Of a stretch of 64,000 nt of DNA, positions 48,775-60,839 are shown piece by piece (the first letter of the stretch is position 1; the number at the start of each line of letters is the position of its first letter). The position numbers and the translations under genes are program-made. The notes under the pieces are model-generated. The model saw only the letters and a list, made by a program, of their open reading frames with translations, did not search any database and was not told the DNA's origin. The stretch comes from Malacoraja senta. Taxonomy: Eukaryota. The stretch is taken from NCBI GenBank assembly GCA_038087875.1, contig CM075987.1, positions 23,934,001 through 23,998,000 on the forward strand, written 5' to 3'.

Positions 48775-49145
48775 GGACATAGTGCAGCACAGGAACAGGC
48801 TCTTCAGCCCACCATGTCCAGTTTGAACATGATGCCACGTTAAACTAATCTCCACTGCCTACACGTGATCTATATCCCTCCGTTCCCTCCATTTCCTGCA
48901 CATCCTTGTGCCAATCTAAAAGCCTCTAAAATGCCACTTTCGTACCTACTGCCACCACTGCCCATGACAGGGCGTTACAGGCACCCACAGCTGTCCGTGC
49001 ATGAAACATGCCCCACGCATCCCCGCTAAATGTTTGCCCCTCTCACCTTAAAGCTATGGTCACAAGTCTTTGACATTTCCATCCTGGTGAAAGGTTCTGA
49101 CTGTCCACCCATTCTATATTTCTCATCATTTTATATCGGTCCACC
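48775..49145 (-). mobile_element. Old CR1 3' fragment
   Basis: Degenerate match to the CR1 C-terminus and 3'UTR. Confidence 0.65.
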
Positions 49146-49499
49146 AGGCGTTTTTGGAGTCATTCAATCTCATGCAACATAGAAGCGGACCCTTTAGCCC
49201 ACCATGTCCATGCCGACTAGTAAGTTACCAGCTGTACTAGGAAAAACACACAAAGCACTGGAGTAACTCAGCGGATTAGACAGCACCGTCAGAGAATATG
49301 GATTGGTGATGTTTCATACCGGGTCCCTTCTTCAGTCTGAAGAAGGGTCCCAACCCAAAACATCACTTGTAGCCCATAGCCCCAACACCCTTGGTCAGCT
49401 CATTGCTTTCAAAGACATATTCATTATCTTTAAATACCTTTGATGGTGCATTTCAGTGCTCCTGAAATAGAATAAAATAATAGTTTTTTTATAAAAAGT

Positions 49500-49775
49500 T
49501 AAACCAGAGGACATAGGTTGAATGGGGGAGAGATTTAGTCGGATCCTGAGGGGTGACTTGTCAACACAGAGGGTGGTGGGTGCATGGAACAAGCTGCCAG
49601 AGGAGGTAGTTGGGGCAGGGACTATCACAACGTTTAAGAAACATTTCGGCAAGTACATGGATTGGACCAGGTTAGAGGGATATGGGTCAAACGCAGGCAG
49701 GTGGGACCAGCCTAGATGGGACATGTTGGTCGCCGCTGGCAAGTTGTTTCCATGCTGTGTAACTCGATGACTCTA
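49500..49775 (+). mobile_element. CR1/HER1 3' fragment
   Basis: ORF 49522-49770 STQRVVGAWNKLPEEVV. Confidence 0.85.
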
Positions 49776-50396
49776 CTTAGAACTAATGCAAATTCACATT
49801 CTATCTATTTATTAATTAATGTAAAAACATTAATGTACATTGAAATAAAGAAAAAATAAACAAAAACCTGGTTAAACTTAACAATTGTTGACTCCACCTC
49901 CACAATGTACGGGGTTATTACTTGTAGTCTAAGCCCTCAGTGAATCCAACCCCTCAACTCGGGGTGATCCAAAGATGGTGAGTCCAATGGTGGAGTGGAA
50001 GGTCAAATTGTGCATCTGACCTCCAGAATGGAGTCGAAAGCTTCCAGGATTCTGGACTTCCAGGCTTCATGGCACAGACGTTGAGGTTAAAGACATTCAA
50101 AATTGTGAAAGGCTGAGGTGTAGATGTTCCCACTACAACCATTGCAGATAGGGAAGCGTTGCGTTCTTCTTCCACCCTCTTCCTCTTACCTCTGATGTCC
50201 AATGAATCGCAATGGGATAAGATATGTGTTTATGAATGGAGCAAAGGGCAAATCTTGTAGTTCGTTTGCTGAATTACTAAGGAATAACCACTCTCCATAT
50301 GGTGCGGGTGGTCTGTGATAGACATCCAGCAATGAATTTCCTGGTTAAATATCCTGCCTACTCCTCATAATAAATGTAACTTAATAGTGCACCTCA

Positions 50397-50700
50397 GATA
50401 GACACATAAAGCTGGGGTAACTCAGCGGGCCAGATAGCATCTCCGGAGAAAGGAAATAGGTGATGTTTAAAATTGTGAAAGGCTGAGGTGTAGATGTTCC
50501 CGCTAAAGGAAATAGGTGATGTTTAAAGTTGAGACTTCTTCAGACCCGTTCTTCAGACGTCTTCAACTCTGAAGAAGGGTCTCTACCTGAAACGCCACCT
50601 ATTCTTTTTCTCCAGAGATGCTGTATGACCCGCTGAGTTACTCCAGTTTTTGTATGTCCATCTTCGGTTTTAAACCAGCATCTGCAGTTCATTCCTTAAC
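50397..50700. mobile_element. Palindromic Penelope-derived element with a templated insertion
   Basis: Inverted terminal-repeat pair; extra segment at 50469-50505. Confidence 0.8.
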
Positions 50701-50943
50701 ATTACACCTGTTGTTCTAAGATTTGGCCACTAGATAGCAGTATTGAACACTAGAAGATGCTCACAATGCAACATTGCGCAGATCTCCACAGCTTTGACAG
50801 AGGAATGGTTTGGGGGTGACGGAGAGGATGAGGTAGGGTGGGGAGTGTTTCTTTTGCCCTACTTGAAGAAACAGAAGCAGCTTTTTTTTGTCCCAGCAAG
50901 AGCTGGCGTGAAGAGACATCATGAATTAAAAAAAAATAATCTT

Positions 50944-50977
50944 AGTCTGAAGAAGGGTCTCGACCCGAAACGTCACC
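50944..50977 (+). ncRNA. Minimal hammerhead ribozyme motif (PLE-associated)
   Basis: AGT-CTGAAGA-A-GGGT/CTCG/ACCC-GAAAC-GTC-ACC: core boxes, stem II, loopless palindromic stem III (ACGT) and GUC triplet. Confidence 0.65.
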
Positions 50978-52840
50978 CATTCCATCTCTCCAGAGATGCT
51001 GCCTCACCCGCTGAGTTACTCCAGCATTTTGTGTCTATCTTTAATCTTAAGGCAAAACCTATTGTACATCAGAAATAATTTAATTTGTGCTATAGGTTGC
51101 GTTATGCCACAAAGTTTATTAAGGTAATTCTTTCATGAATGTACCTGAACATTTAACATGAAGTCAAAAGAAATCTATAGAAGCACAACTTGCAAAATTA
51201 AAGGCACTGTGATCTTCAGACTTCATTTAATCTGTACAGTATAACGTTACCGCTTGCAGCACAGAGTGACAGTGCAGCTCTTACTTCCTTTACTGTGTGA
51301 CTAAAGGATGCAGCTGGATATGACTATTTGCCACAGAGAGATGCGATTGAGCCAACTAATCATCCTAATGATAGCAAAAGCCTTTCCCCATTCGGGATAT
51401 GGGTATTATTCTACTGAGCTACTTCATTTGCTTGAGAAACACTGGACTCCACCAAGGCGGTGGGCTGAGGGGAAGGCCCACACATATTAGGATTGTTACA
51501 ATGTAACAAGGATTCATTGACAAATATTACTCTGGCGTAATTGATCTACTCTTGGATCCCTAGATCCAAACACTAGTGCTCTAACACTAAACTCAGCAGG
51601 CCAGGCGGCATCTGTGGAGGGAATGGACTGGCAATGTTTCAGGTCAGACACTCATCTTAATGCCGAAGAAGGGTGCCAACCTGATATGTCGCCTGTCCCA
51701 TTCCCTCCACAGATGCTGCCCGACCCTGCTGAGTTCTTTGTGTCTTGCTCAAGATTCCAGCAGCCGCTCTCCAATGTTACTGTTCCCCTGGTTGTTCTGT
51801 AAACTTCCCTCCCAATGTCCTGGTCTGTTCTATGGCTGTAAGGTCAGTGGAGTGATCAGTGGCCAGGACTCTGATAACCAATGTGAGAAGACACAAGAGA
51901 ACAGTGCTGGCTGGCTCACACTTTGATTCCGAGCCTCCCCGATACCAGAAGGTAGTCTCTCCTTTCCACATCTTGTCTACATGTGAAATCGGGAGATGAA
52001 CACAAACTCATGGGAACGTAGTCAATTAATCCCTTGTGCCAAAACAAATTAAAGTTGACGTGTGTCATAATCACAAGCTTTAACACATTCTTGATTGAGC
52101 TGGTTTTCTGCAATGGGGCAGAAAATCAGGTCCAATTATTTTTCGCAACATACACCTATTGCTGCACAGAATGAGGCCAATCTGCCCATCGGACCTGTGC
52201 AGGGTCATTGAAAGAGCAATCCAAATCAATCTCATTTCTCCGTTTGTTTGCCACAGATAAGCAGTGTTATTTTTCTCTGGAGGCCCCATTGAAGGTTATG
52301 TTCGCATCTGTCTGCATCAGTCCATCACGCAGCACATACTGAATTGTTTATGACTTTCTAGACCTCTTTACCAATATGTTGAAATGTTAGGTCACAAACC
52401 TCGGGTTCGGAGTAACCATTGCAATAAGCAGCTCAGCTTTGTGCGCTCGCCGTTTCTGCTGTCAACTCCACACCGCACAGAGCAAGTTGGCAGCGTTGCT
52501 CTGTGGTCCCCCATTGTTTTAGTTTTGCCTTGCTTTGGATTTCATTCGTTAAAAAGCACATCGATCTGCGAAAGCTGTTTTTGCTTTAATGAACGCACCA
52601 GGGGAGTCGTACAGTGACATTTCCATCCATGTGGCTGACACATGCAAACAAAGAAGAAGATTTCTTTTGAAAAGATCAAACTTAATAACTTACTGGAACG
52701 CATTTGCCATTTGCCATAAATGAACGTGCTTGCTGCCAGTGGCCAGATTGTGAAGGCAGTCACATTATATTGTTGCTGAAATCTGAGTTTCCTTTCCACG
52801 TATCAAGGTTCCTCTCTGGCTCATGTGCCCCATCCCCAGC

Positions 52841-53166
52841 TTTAGTTTAGTTTAGTTTAGTTTAGTTTAGAGATACAGCACAGAAACAGGCCCTTCCCAC
52901 CGAGTCAGCGCCGGCCAGCGATCACCTCGTACACTAACACAATACTGCACACAGGAGGGACAACTTACAATTTTTACCGAAGCCAATTAGCCTACAGACG
53001 TGTATGTCTTTGGAGTGTGGGAGGAAACCGGAGAACCCGGAGAATCCCCACGCAGGTCACAGGGAGAACGTACAAACTCCGCACAGACAAGCACCCGTAG
53101 TTAGGATCGAACCTGGGTCTCTGCCGCTGTTTGAGGCAGCAACTCTACTATTGCTCCACTGTGCTG
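52841..53166 (-). mobile_element. HE1-type V-SINE
   Basis: Full-length with (TTTAG)n. Confidence 0.88.
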
Positions 53167-53512
53167 TATTTAAAAAATATTGAACACTGTGTTGTCAAAT
53201 TTCTTCAGGGATTAGCCTGAATTGTTTAACCCACAATTTTTCGAAGCCAATTTAGCCAAACGTATTTCTAATCACCTAGTCGGGGCTACCTTGCAATTGT
53301 ATTCTTGTGATGCAATATGTTGGTGATAGACTGCTGGGTTTCCACATTGAAATGTTCATTTTGTTCTCCAAGGCAGCAGAACTGCATCCTTTCCCAACAG
53401 GAAGGCACTGGGAGGATAAGTCTATTACCGCCCGACATCAGGGCAGCATTTGGACCAGAATTAAACATTCATTTATTTTTAAATTAAGTTATCTAAAATA
53501 AAGTAAACAAAG

Positions 53513-53745
53513 AGGGTCTGAAGAAGGGTCCTGACCCGAAATGTCACCTGTCAGTGTTCTGCCATATTCTAGAGTGATGCTGAGAATATCCCTGGGAATA
53601 TTGCTGAGAATATCCCTGGGAATATTGCTGGAATATTCCTGGGAATACCCCTGGGAACATGCTGGGAACTCGCTGAGTTACTCCAGCACTTTGTGTCTTT
53701 TTTTTGGGTAAACTAGCATCTGCAGTTCCTTGTTTCTACATAAAG
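53513..53745 (+). mobile_element. Penelope-like terminal repeat with hammerhead motif (53514-53549) and internal repeat expansion
   Basis: GGGT-CTGAAGA-A-GGGT/CCTG/ACCC-GAAAT-GTC-ACCT. Confidence 0.78.
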
Positions 53746-54187
53746 TAAATGTAGATGGCTTGTCAAGTGCTCCCTCTCAAACGGACAGCAAACATCTTTT
53801 CACAAATATAATGAAATAATGTTTGCTCCTCGTTTGCAGTTCCTTATTCCCACTCTCTATCTTATTGCACAGGTCCCATACTTTAATGGTTACCATTCCT
53901 AGAAGTAAAAATTGCGGATGTCAAACTCCATAAAACAAAATGGTTCTCAGACTCACTTACGGATATATCACAATAATGTTAATCAGTTTAAAGTTGTAGC
54001 TAAACCAATCCAGTCCAATCATTAAATAAACACTGAAGAAAAGTATCCTACCAAATGGATTCTCTTAACAGTAAGTTCATGGCTAACAAGCATAACAGTG
54101 AATGCTAGTTTATTTTGCAAATGAATATGATGTTAAAATGGAAAATTGGAACTTAATTGGAAAATTGGAGCTTTGTTTTTGTACTTA

Positions 54188-54440
54188 CTTTAGTTTAGTT
54201 TAGAGATACAGCACAGAAACAGGCCCTTCGGCTCTCCGTGTCCGCACTGACCACCGATCTCTGCACGCCAGCACTATCCTACACATACTAGGGACAATTT
54301 ACAACTTTACCAATCCAATTAGCCGACAAACCAGAACGTCTTTGGAGTCTGGGAGGAAACCGGAGCACCCGGAGAAAAAACCCACGCAGGCCACGGGGAG
54401 AACGTACAAACTCCGTGCAGACAGCACCCATAGTTGGGAT
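54188..54440 (-). mobile_element. HE1-type V-SINE (5' end lost)
   Basis: V-domain and tail. Confidence 0.85.
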
Positions 54441-54481
54441 TGCAGTGGGGGTTGAGGGTTAACCAAACCTCTCACTTGCAA

Positions 54482-54683
54482 AGGATACAAGGATACAAAG
54501 GACATTTATTGTCACGTACACCAATTGGTGTAGTGAAATTTGACTTGCCATTTGCAGCACACCAATAAAAATAAGACACAACATTAAAGAATTTAACGAT
54601 AAACATAAAAACATCCCCCCACAATGGTTCCCACTGTGAGGGAAGGCAGCAAAGCCCAGTCCTATCCGCTGTTTCTCTTCACC
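54482..54683 (-). mobile_element. 5'-truncated family X-related retroposon
   Basis: 11-bp TSD CTCACTTGCAA at 54471-54481 and 54684-54694; CACTGTGAGGGAAGGC block; (GGATACAA)n tail. Confidence 0.75.
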
Positions 54684-55719
54684 CTCACTTGCAAGCAGGG
54701 CGAAGAGAAATCTACCACGCTGATGCACCGGGCTCCTCCAACTCTGCCAGAGTAACATTATGAGTTAATTGAATGTGCTGAAGTGTTTAAAGTCCTTGAA
54801 ATAGTACATGGCCCGTAATTAGACAAGATCTGTCAGGAAGAAATACCATGCATGGCAAAAAAAAAAAGTCTAACTTCGTAGAAAAGCCATGTTCACACTA
54901 CGTGAAGAGCTATCAACACAACAATTGTCTTTATAAACAAAACGTTGTGAAAATGCCATGAAGCAAGAGGAATACATTTGCCAGGGTTCAAATAGACATG
55001 TCTGCGTAAATTCAAGGAAACTGCTGACTATTTTTTTTCTTCCGAGCCCTGGTAATTAAGAATGATTTTACTCTGCGCACAATGAGATGCGGTCCAAAAT
55101 TACAGTCAGATAAATGATCCGAAAACCATTAATGCAAAAACAACCTAAGTAGATATATTAAATTCCTAGAAAGCACGTCAACATGGATGGAGATGCTAAA
55201 CAGATTACTACAGATCTATTTTACTTAGAAAACGATGACCTCATTTGATGATTTAATTCTCTCTCTGCCTTTCTCCAAAAGCAGTCATATTCAACAGCAT
55301 TAGAAAAACAAGCGTATTCCCACAGGCTCAATCTGCTCGGCCTATTAGTGCAGCAACAGCCTTCTCCCCTCACTTGATTGATTATAAACCATGAGGCAAC
55401 CTTTAAAGATGTGTCCTTTTGCCATTCTTGCAGCAGGCTATTTATTAATCCATACTGCAACTCTAAATATGTTGACTCGAATTATTTCTTTACATCCCAC
55501 TGTGAGCATTCTGCAGTCCACCAATATTTCTAGTCAGTATAAATTGCTGAATGGAAGAACCATCATTTATGTATTTACCTGGGATTTTCTTTTGCATGCA
55601 TCATTGTCTATTTGGGGATTTAAGTGCAGATATTTACATTTTTCTCCACTAATAAGATCGATTTTGTGTTAATTCTACTGCGCAGCGATGTATTAGATCT
55701 AATAATAGAGTCCTGGAGG

Positions 55720-55941
55720 CATAGAGTCTTACAGCTTGGACATAGACCCTTCGGGCCAACTTCCCCACACCGCCCAACATGTCCCATCTGCACCAGTCCC
55801 ACCTGCCTGCGTTTGGCCCATATCCCTCTAAACCTGTCCTCTCCATGTACCTGTCCAAATGTTTCTTAAACATTGCGATAGTCCCAGCCTCAACTACCTC
55901 CTCTTTGTGCGAAAAAGTTACCCCTCAGGTTCCTATTAAAT
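55720..55941 (-). mobile_element. CR1/HER1 3' fragment
   Basis: FKKHLDRYMERTGLEGYGP peptide. Confidence 0.85.
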
Positions 55942-56204
55942 CTCAATCTAATAAATCTAATAAAATCTACTACATTGCTGTATCCTGAGCGCTGAAGTCA
56001 AATCTTGGATATTCCTCCCTTGGACAGTCCTAACGGCAGGCCCCGGAAAGTTGACATGCTTCACTATTCACTCATGGGCTCATTCAAGGCAGGCCCTCTG
56101 AGGTAAGACTACCAGTCTTTTATACTGTACGATAGGCACATCCATCTCTGGGGTTCTTAAATTGTAGCGTAGGTGGGGTTTAGCAAAACATAGATATTCG
56201 GTAG

Positions 56205-56543
56205 GAATAGATCGCGTGGATGCACAGAGTCTCTTGCCCAGAGTGGGTGAATCGAGAACCAGCGGATGTAGGTTTAAGGGAAAAGTGAAAAGGGAATCTG
56301 AGGGGTAACATGTTCACACAAAGGGTGGTGGGGGTATGGAACGAGGTGCCAGAGGAGTTGAGGCTGGGTCTATCCCAATGTTTAAAAAACAGTTCGACAG
56401 GTACATGGATAGGACAGGCTTAGAGGGATATGGGCCGAACACAGGCAAGTGGAACTGGTGTAGATGGGACATGTTGGCCGTTGTGGGCAAGTTGGGCTGC
56501 AGGGCCTGTTTCCACACTGTATCACTATGACTCTATGACTCTA
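56205..56543 (+). mobile_element. CR1/HER1 3' fragment
   Basis: FKKQFDRYMDRTGLEGYGP peptide, (CTATGACT)n tail. Confidence 0.85.
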
Positions 56544-56805
56544 TTTTCTGCTGACCCCTCTCTATGCTACCAGAACAATGCCCTGCTTCTGGAATGGAAG
56601 TCCAGTTGAAGACTACAGAGACTGAGATCATGAAACACCATAGGGCAGAGAATCGGAGAGAGGTGGATGGTTTGCAGGGGATGGGCAGATAGAAAAATTG
56701 AGGGAAACATGCCTGGGACATTCACAATCAAATATCAATATGGATTGAAGGATAGCGGATTGGCCCAGTGAGTCCATACTAATCATTGATCACCCGTTCA
56801 CAATA

Positions 56806-57213
56806 TGTGTAGGAAGGAACCGCAGATGCTGGTTTACACCAAAGATAGACACAAAATGCTGGAGTATGCTTGACTCTTCTTCAGACGTCAAGGGTCTCGA
56901 CCCTAAACGTCACCCATTCCTTCTCTCCAGAGATGCTGCCTGTCCCGCTGAGTTACTCCAGCATTTTGTGTCTACCTGTTCACACTAGTTCTATGTTATC
57001 CCACTTTCACATGCACTCCCAGCACACTAGGGGCAATTTACAGAGGCCCATTAACCTACAAACCCGCACGTCTTTGGGAGGTGGGAGGAAACCCAGATTA
57101 AACCCACAGAGTCTCAGGGAAAACGTGCAAACTCCACACTGGCAGCTCCCGAGGTCAGGATCGAACCCGGGTTTCTGCCGCTGTAAGGCAGCAACTCTAC
57201 CAGTTGCACTACC
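56806..57213. mobile_element. Penelope-derived palindrome (56806-56975) nested in a minus-strand SINE
   Basis: GTTCACA on both flanks; the SINE continues at 56976-57213. Confidence 0.75.
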
Positions 57214-57734
57214 ATGGGTCAAGATTTGGATTATACATAGCTATTGAACCTTTCTGCTGAGATATCGTGTAAGAACAAAATGAGTGGACAAGTGACTGAA
57301 AAAATGTAAAGTAAATGTTTGTTTTGTGTTTAAACATTGTACAAAGGACAAGTCTCAGAGGTCTTAAACGTAATTACAAAAAAGCTTGATTTTCTAAGTA
57401 ATTTATAGATGCAATTAAGTTCCAAAAAAACACAATTAATCAGAGTAATATATCCTTAAAATAGGATTTATGGACCTTTGAGATCTTCATAAACAGTTTT
57501 ACACAAATTACGTAATTGCTTTCCTCTTGTGCGTCACTTTGCAAACCAGAGAATAACTATATTATTGATTCTTATAATCATATTTCCTTGCTGGATTACT
57601 GTAAATGTAGTATGTAAATGTGGACACTATACTAACATTGTAACGTATACCGCCCTACAAATAAATTCTATTAATTTAATCTCAGCAGAAGATTAAGTCA
57701 TCATGCAAGCTAATGTGGAAAGGTATTTAGTTTA

Positions 57735-57844
57735 AAGAAGTCTGAAGGAGTCTGAAGAAGGGTTTCGGCCCGAAACGTTGCCAATTTCCTTCGCTCCATA
57801 GATGCTGCTGCACCCGCTGAGTTTCTCCAGCATTTTTGTGTACC
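57735..57844 (+). mobile_element. 110-bp Penelope-derived hammerhead mini-insert
   Basis: 14-bp TSD AGGTATTTAGTTTA at 57721-57734 and 57845-57858; CTGAAGA-A-GGGT/TTCG/GCCC-GAAAC-GTT. Confidence 0.82.
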
Positions 57845-57849
57845 AGGTA

Positions 57850-58150
57850 TTTAGTTTAGTTTAGTTTAGAGACGGAAACAGGCCCTTGGGCCCACCGAGC
57901 CCGCATCGACCAGCGATCCCCGCACACTAACACTATCCTACACGCAATAGGGACAATTTACACTTATACCAAGCCAATTAACCGACAAACCTGTACATCT
58001 GTGGAGTGTGGGAGGAAACCGGAGATCCCGGGGAAAACCCACGCATGTCACGGGGAGAATGTACAAACTCCATACAGACAAGCACCCATAGTCAGGATCG
58101 AACTGGCGCTGTGAGGCTGCTGCTCTACCACTGCGCCATCGTGCCGCCCT
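57850..58150 (-). mobile_element. HE1-type V-SINE
   Basis: Head, V-domain and tail. Confidence 0.86.
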
Positions 58151-59139
58151 TTAGTGGGACATTTAGAGCACGCACATGTAAGATTAAACAAAATTATTAT
58201 CACCTTCCTCCAAGTTTATACATTGAGACGTGTTTTATTTTACTTGACAAATAAAAGCACTCGGGGTTTATGAAAATTGTTTGATGAGTTATGTTCTCAA
58301 GCTGGAAAGGGGGCAGAGAAGATGTTGCCAGGACCTGAGGGCCTGAGCTACAGGGAGAGATTGAGCAGGCTAGGACTCTATTCCTTGGATGATGCATGGA
58401 TAGGATAGGTATAGAGGGATATGGGGCAAACGCAGGCAGGTGGGACTAGTGTAGATGGGACATGTTGGTCGGTGTGGGCAAAGGGCCTGTTTACACACTG
58501 TATGACTGAGCTTTCAGGAAAATAGAAAATTAACCATTGATACTAAATTGAAAATTAAGGAATTCTTCAACTCCTTGAGCAGCGGTAATTGCCTTGTAGG
58601 ATGTTAAAGCCTGAGATATATTATCACTAGTAAATTCAAAGCTTGGTTTTTGACCAATTGATTGGGTAATTGCATGCTGGATAGCACGCAACAAAAGCTT
58701 TTCACTGTCCCAGTACACGTGACAATAAACTAAACTGAACTGAACTGAATTAACAGCATGTCTGTTGCGATTGGATTAATACATTGAAGTGATATCCTAA
58801 CCAAGAAGGCAAGTTGAGGAAAATATTTCTATTTATTATTAAGTTAGTAACTTAAGTGCATACTATAATGATTTTATTAAAAGAGCAAAGAGAAAGGTTG
58901 TGGCCAGTGAGATGTCAGCATGCAATGCAGGAGATATCAAATACAATAATTCCTTGGTTTATGAAATGGAAGCATTCCTAGAAAATGTTTCCTGAAGCAA
59001 AATTCACTGATCAATCAATCTGGGAGAAATCATGATGGATATTTGGTGTTACACATCCACATGGAGAAAGATGTACTATTCATAAATTGAAGAGAGTTAA
59101 AATGTGAAAGTTTATAAATTTAAGATCTCACACTCACTT

Positions 59140-59360
59140 CATCATAAGGTCAGAAGGGGCAGAATTAGGCCATTCAGCCCATATGTCTACTCCGCCATTC
59201 AATCCTGGCTGATCTATCTCTCCCCCCCTAATCCCATTCTCCTGCCTCCTCCCCATTACCTCTGACATCCGTACTAAACAAGAATGTATCTATCTCTGCC
59301 TTAAAAATATCCATTGATTTGGCCTCCACAGCCTTCTGTGGCAAAGAATTCCACAGATTC
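59140..59360 (-). mobile_element. CR1/HER1 3' end
   Basis: Same family as 14125-14400. Confidence 0.82.
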
Positions 59361-59697
59361 ATCATCCGGTTCCAACTGAATGAAGTTCACATTCATCTTC
59401 TTCTTAGGAAGAATAGTGATTTCTTTCAGACTCTCTTTCACTGGAAGCATCGTGGATCTGTCTATTCCTGATTTCACGATGAGAAAGGGAGTTCTAAATA
59501 TTCCCATGTCCCGTTTTCTTCCCTGTACTCCTTCTTCACACTCACACGCTTATGGAAGAGATGAGACACCATAAAAGCCAGATTGTGAAGGACCACTAGT
59601 GTGTGGATAGTTCTATGCCCCAATGCAAGACATTCCCGCATCAATGTATGCATTATTGATCATGTGCAGATGGCAGTGTGCCCCTGTTGATATTCAT

Positions 59698-60222
59698 GTT
59701 TAGCTCAGTTTAGTTTAGTTTAGAGATACAGTGCGGAAACAGGTCCTTCGGTCCATTGAGCCTGCGACGACCAGCGATCCCCATACTATTCTACACAGTA
59801 GGAACAATTTTCAATTCTTACCGAACCCAATTAATCTACAAACCTGCATGTCTTTGGAATGTGAGAGGAAATCGGAGCACCCGGAGAAAACCCCCATGCA
59901 GTCACGGGGAGAACGTATAAACTCCCTTTACAGACAGCACCCGTAGTCAGGATCGAACTCGGGTGTCTGGTGCTGTAAGGCAGCAACTCTACTGCTGTGC
60001 CACCGTGCCATCTTGTACAATAGGTTCAAAATAAATGTAAGCAGCAACTCCAAAGACATACAGGTTTGTAGGTTGATTGACTTGGTAAAATTATAAATCG
60101 TCCCTTGTGTGTGGAGATAGTGTTAACGTGTGTTCGTGTACGGGGATCGCTGGTCGGCAGGGAACGGTGGGCCGAAGGGCCTGTTTCCGCGCTGCATCTC
60201 TAAACTCTAAACTAAACTAAAC
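59698..60222. mobile_element. Divergent SINE pair (minus 59698-60010, plus 3' half 60047-60222)
   Basis: HE1-type motifs in opposite orientations. Confidence 0.84.
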
Positions 60223-60839
60223 AACCCATCTCACTGGCCAGGAACGACTAAAATCCATGTGGCAAAGTCCCAAGTAGGATAGAGTGGTAGACCAGAACAA
60301 GCCGAGCCCCGATAACTCTGCTGACAGCTTTGACAGCCAGCAGAGTCCCACCTTCCACTTTGTCAGCTGTCAAAGCAGTGAAGACTATGAATGTTTCTGA
60401 ATATCGCTGGCATTTAAGAACTCTTGCAAATGAAATAACAAAAGCAAAATATAAATACTGTATGCATAAAAAAGAAACTTAAGTTATTGAACAATTGGTG
60501 TTGGGTTTTTTAATTTACTGAATTAAAAGCTTTGATAAATTCACAGTTGGTGGAAACATCAGGGAGAGAAGAGCAAATGTAACTACAGAAGTATTATGAG
60601 CAAGTTACATATTCCGTGAGTGACCTCAACTATCTATGGATAAATTTGATGCTGATTAAGCATTTCAGCAGACTTTGCACTTAATGCCAGAAGGAGGAAC
60701 AATCAAATTAAAATGATTGTTGTGTTATGCTGTTTAATAAGTAGTTTATAAATCAGAGGAGTTCAGACTGCAACTGTACATTATTTCCGTAGGATTTCCC
60801 AGATGATTTTAGGTTGTTTTAGTCACAGCGAGAGAGGAA

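Noticed and set aside
49954..50202. 82-aa minus-strand ORF with a nearby GAG|GTAAGA donor
   Set aside because: No recognisable homology or consistent exon chain
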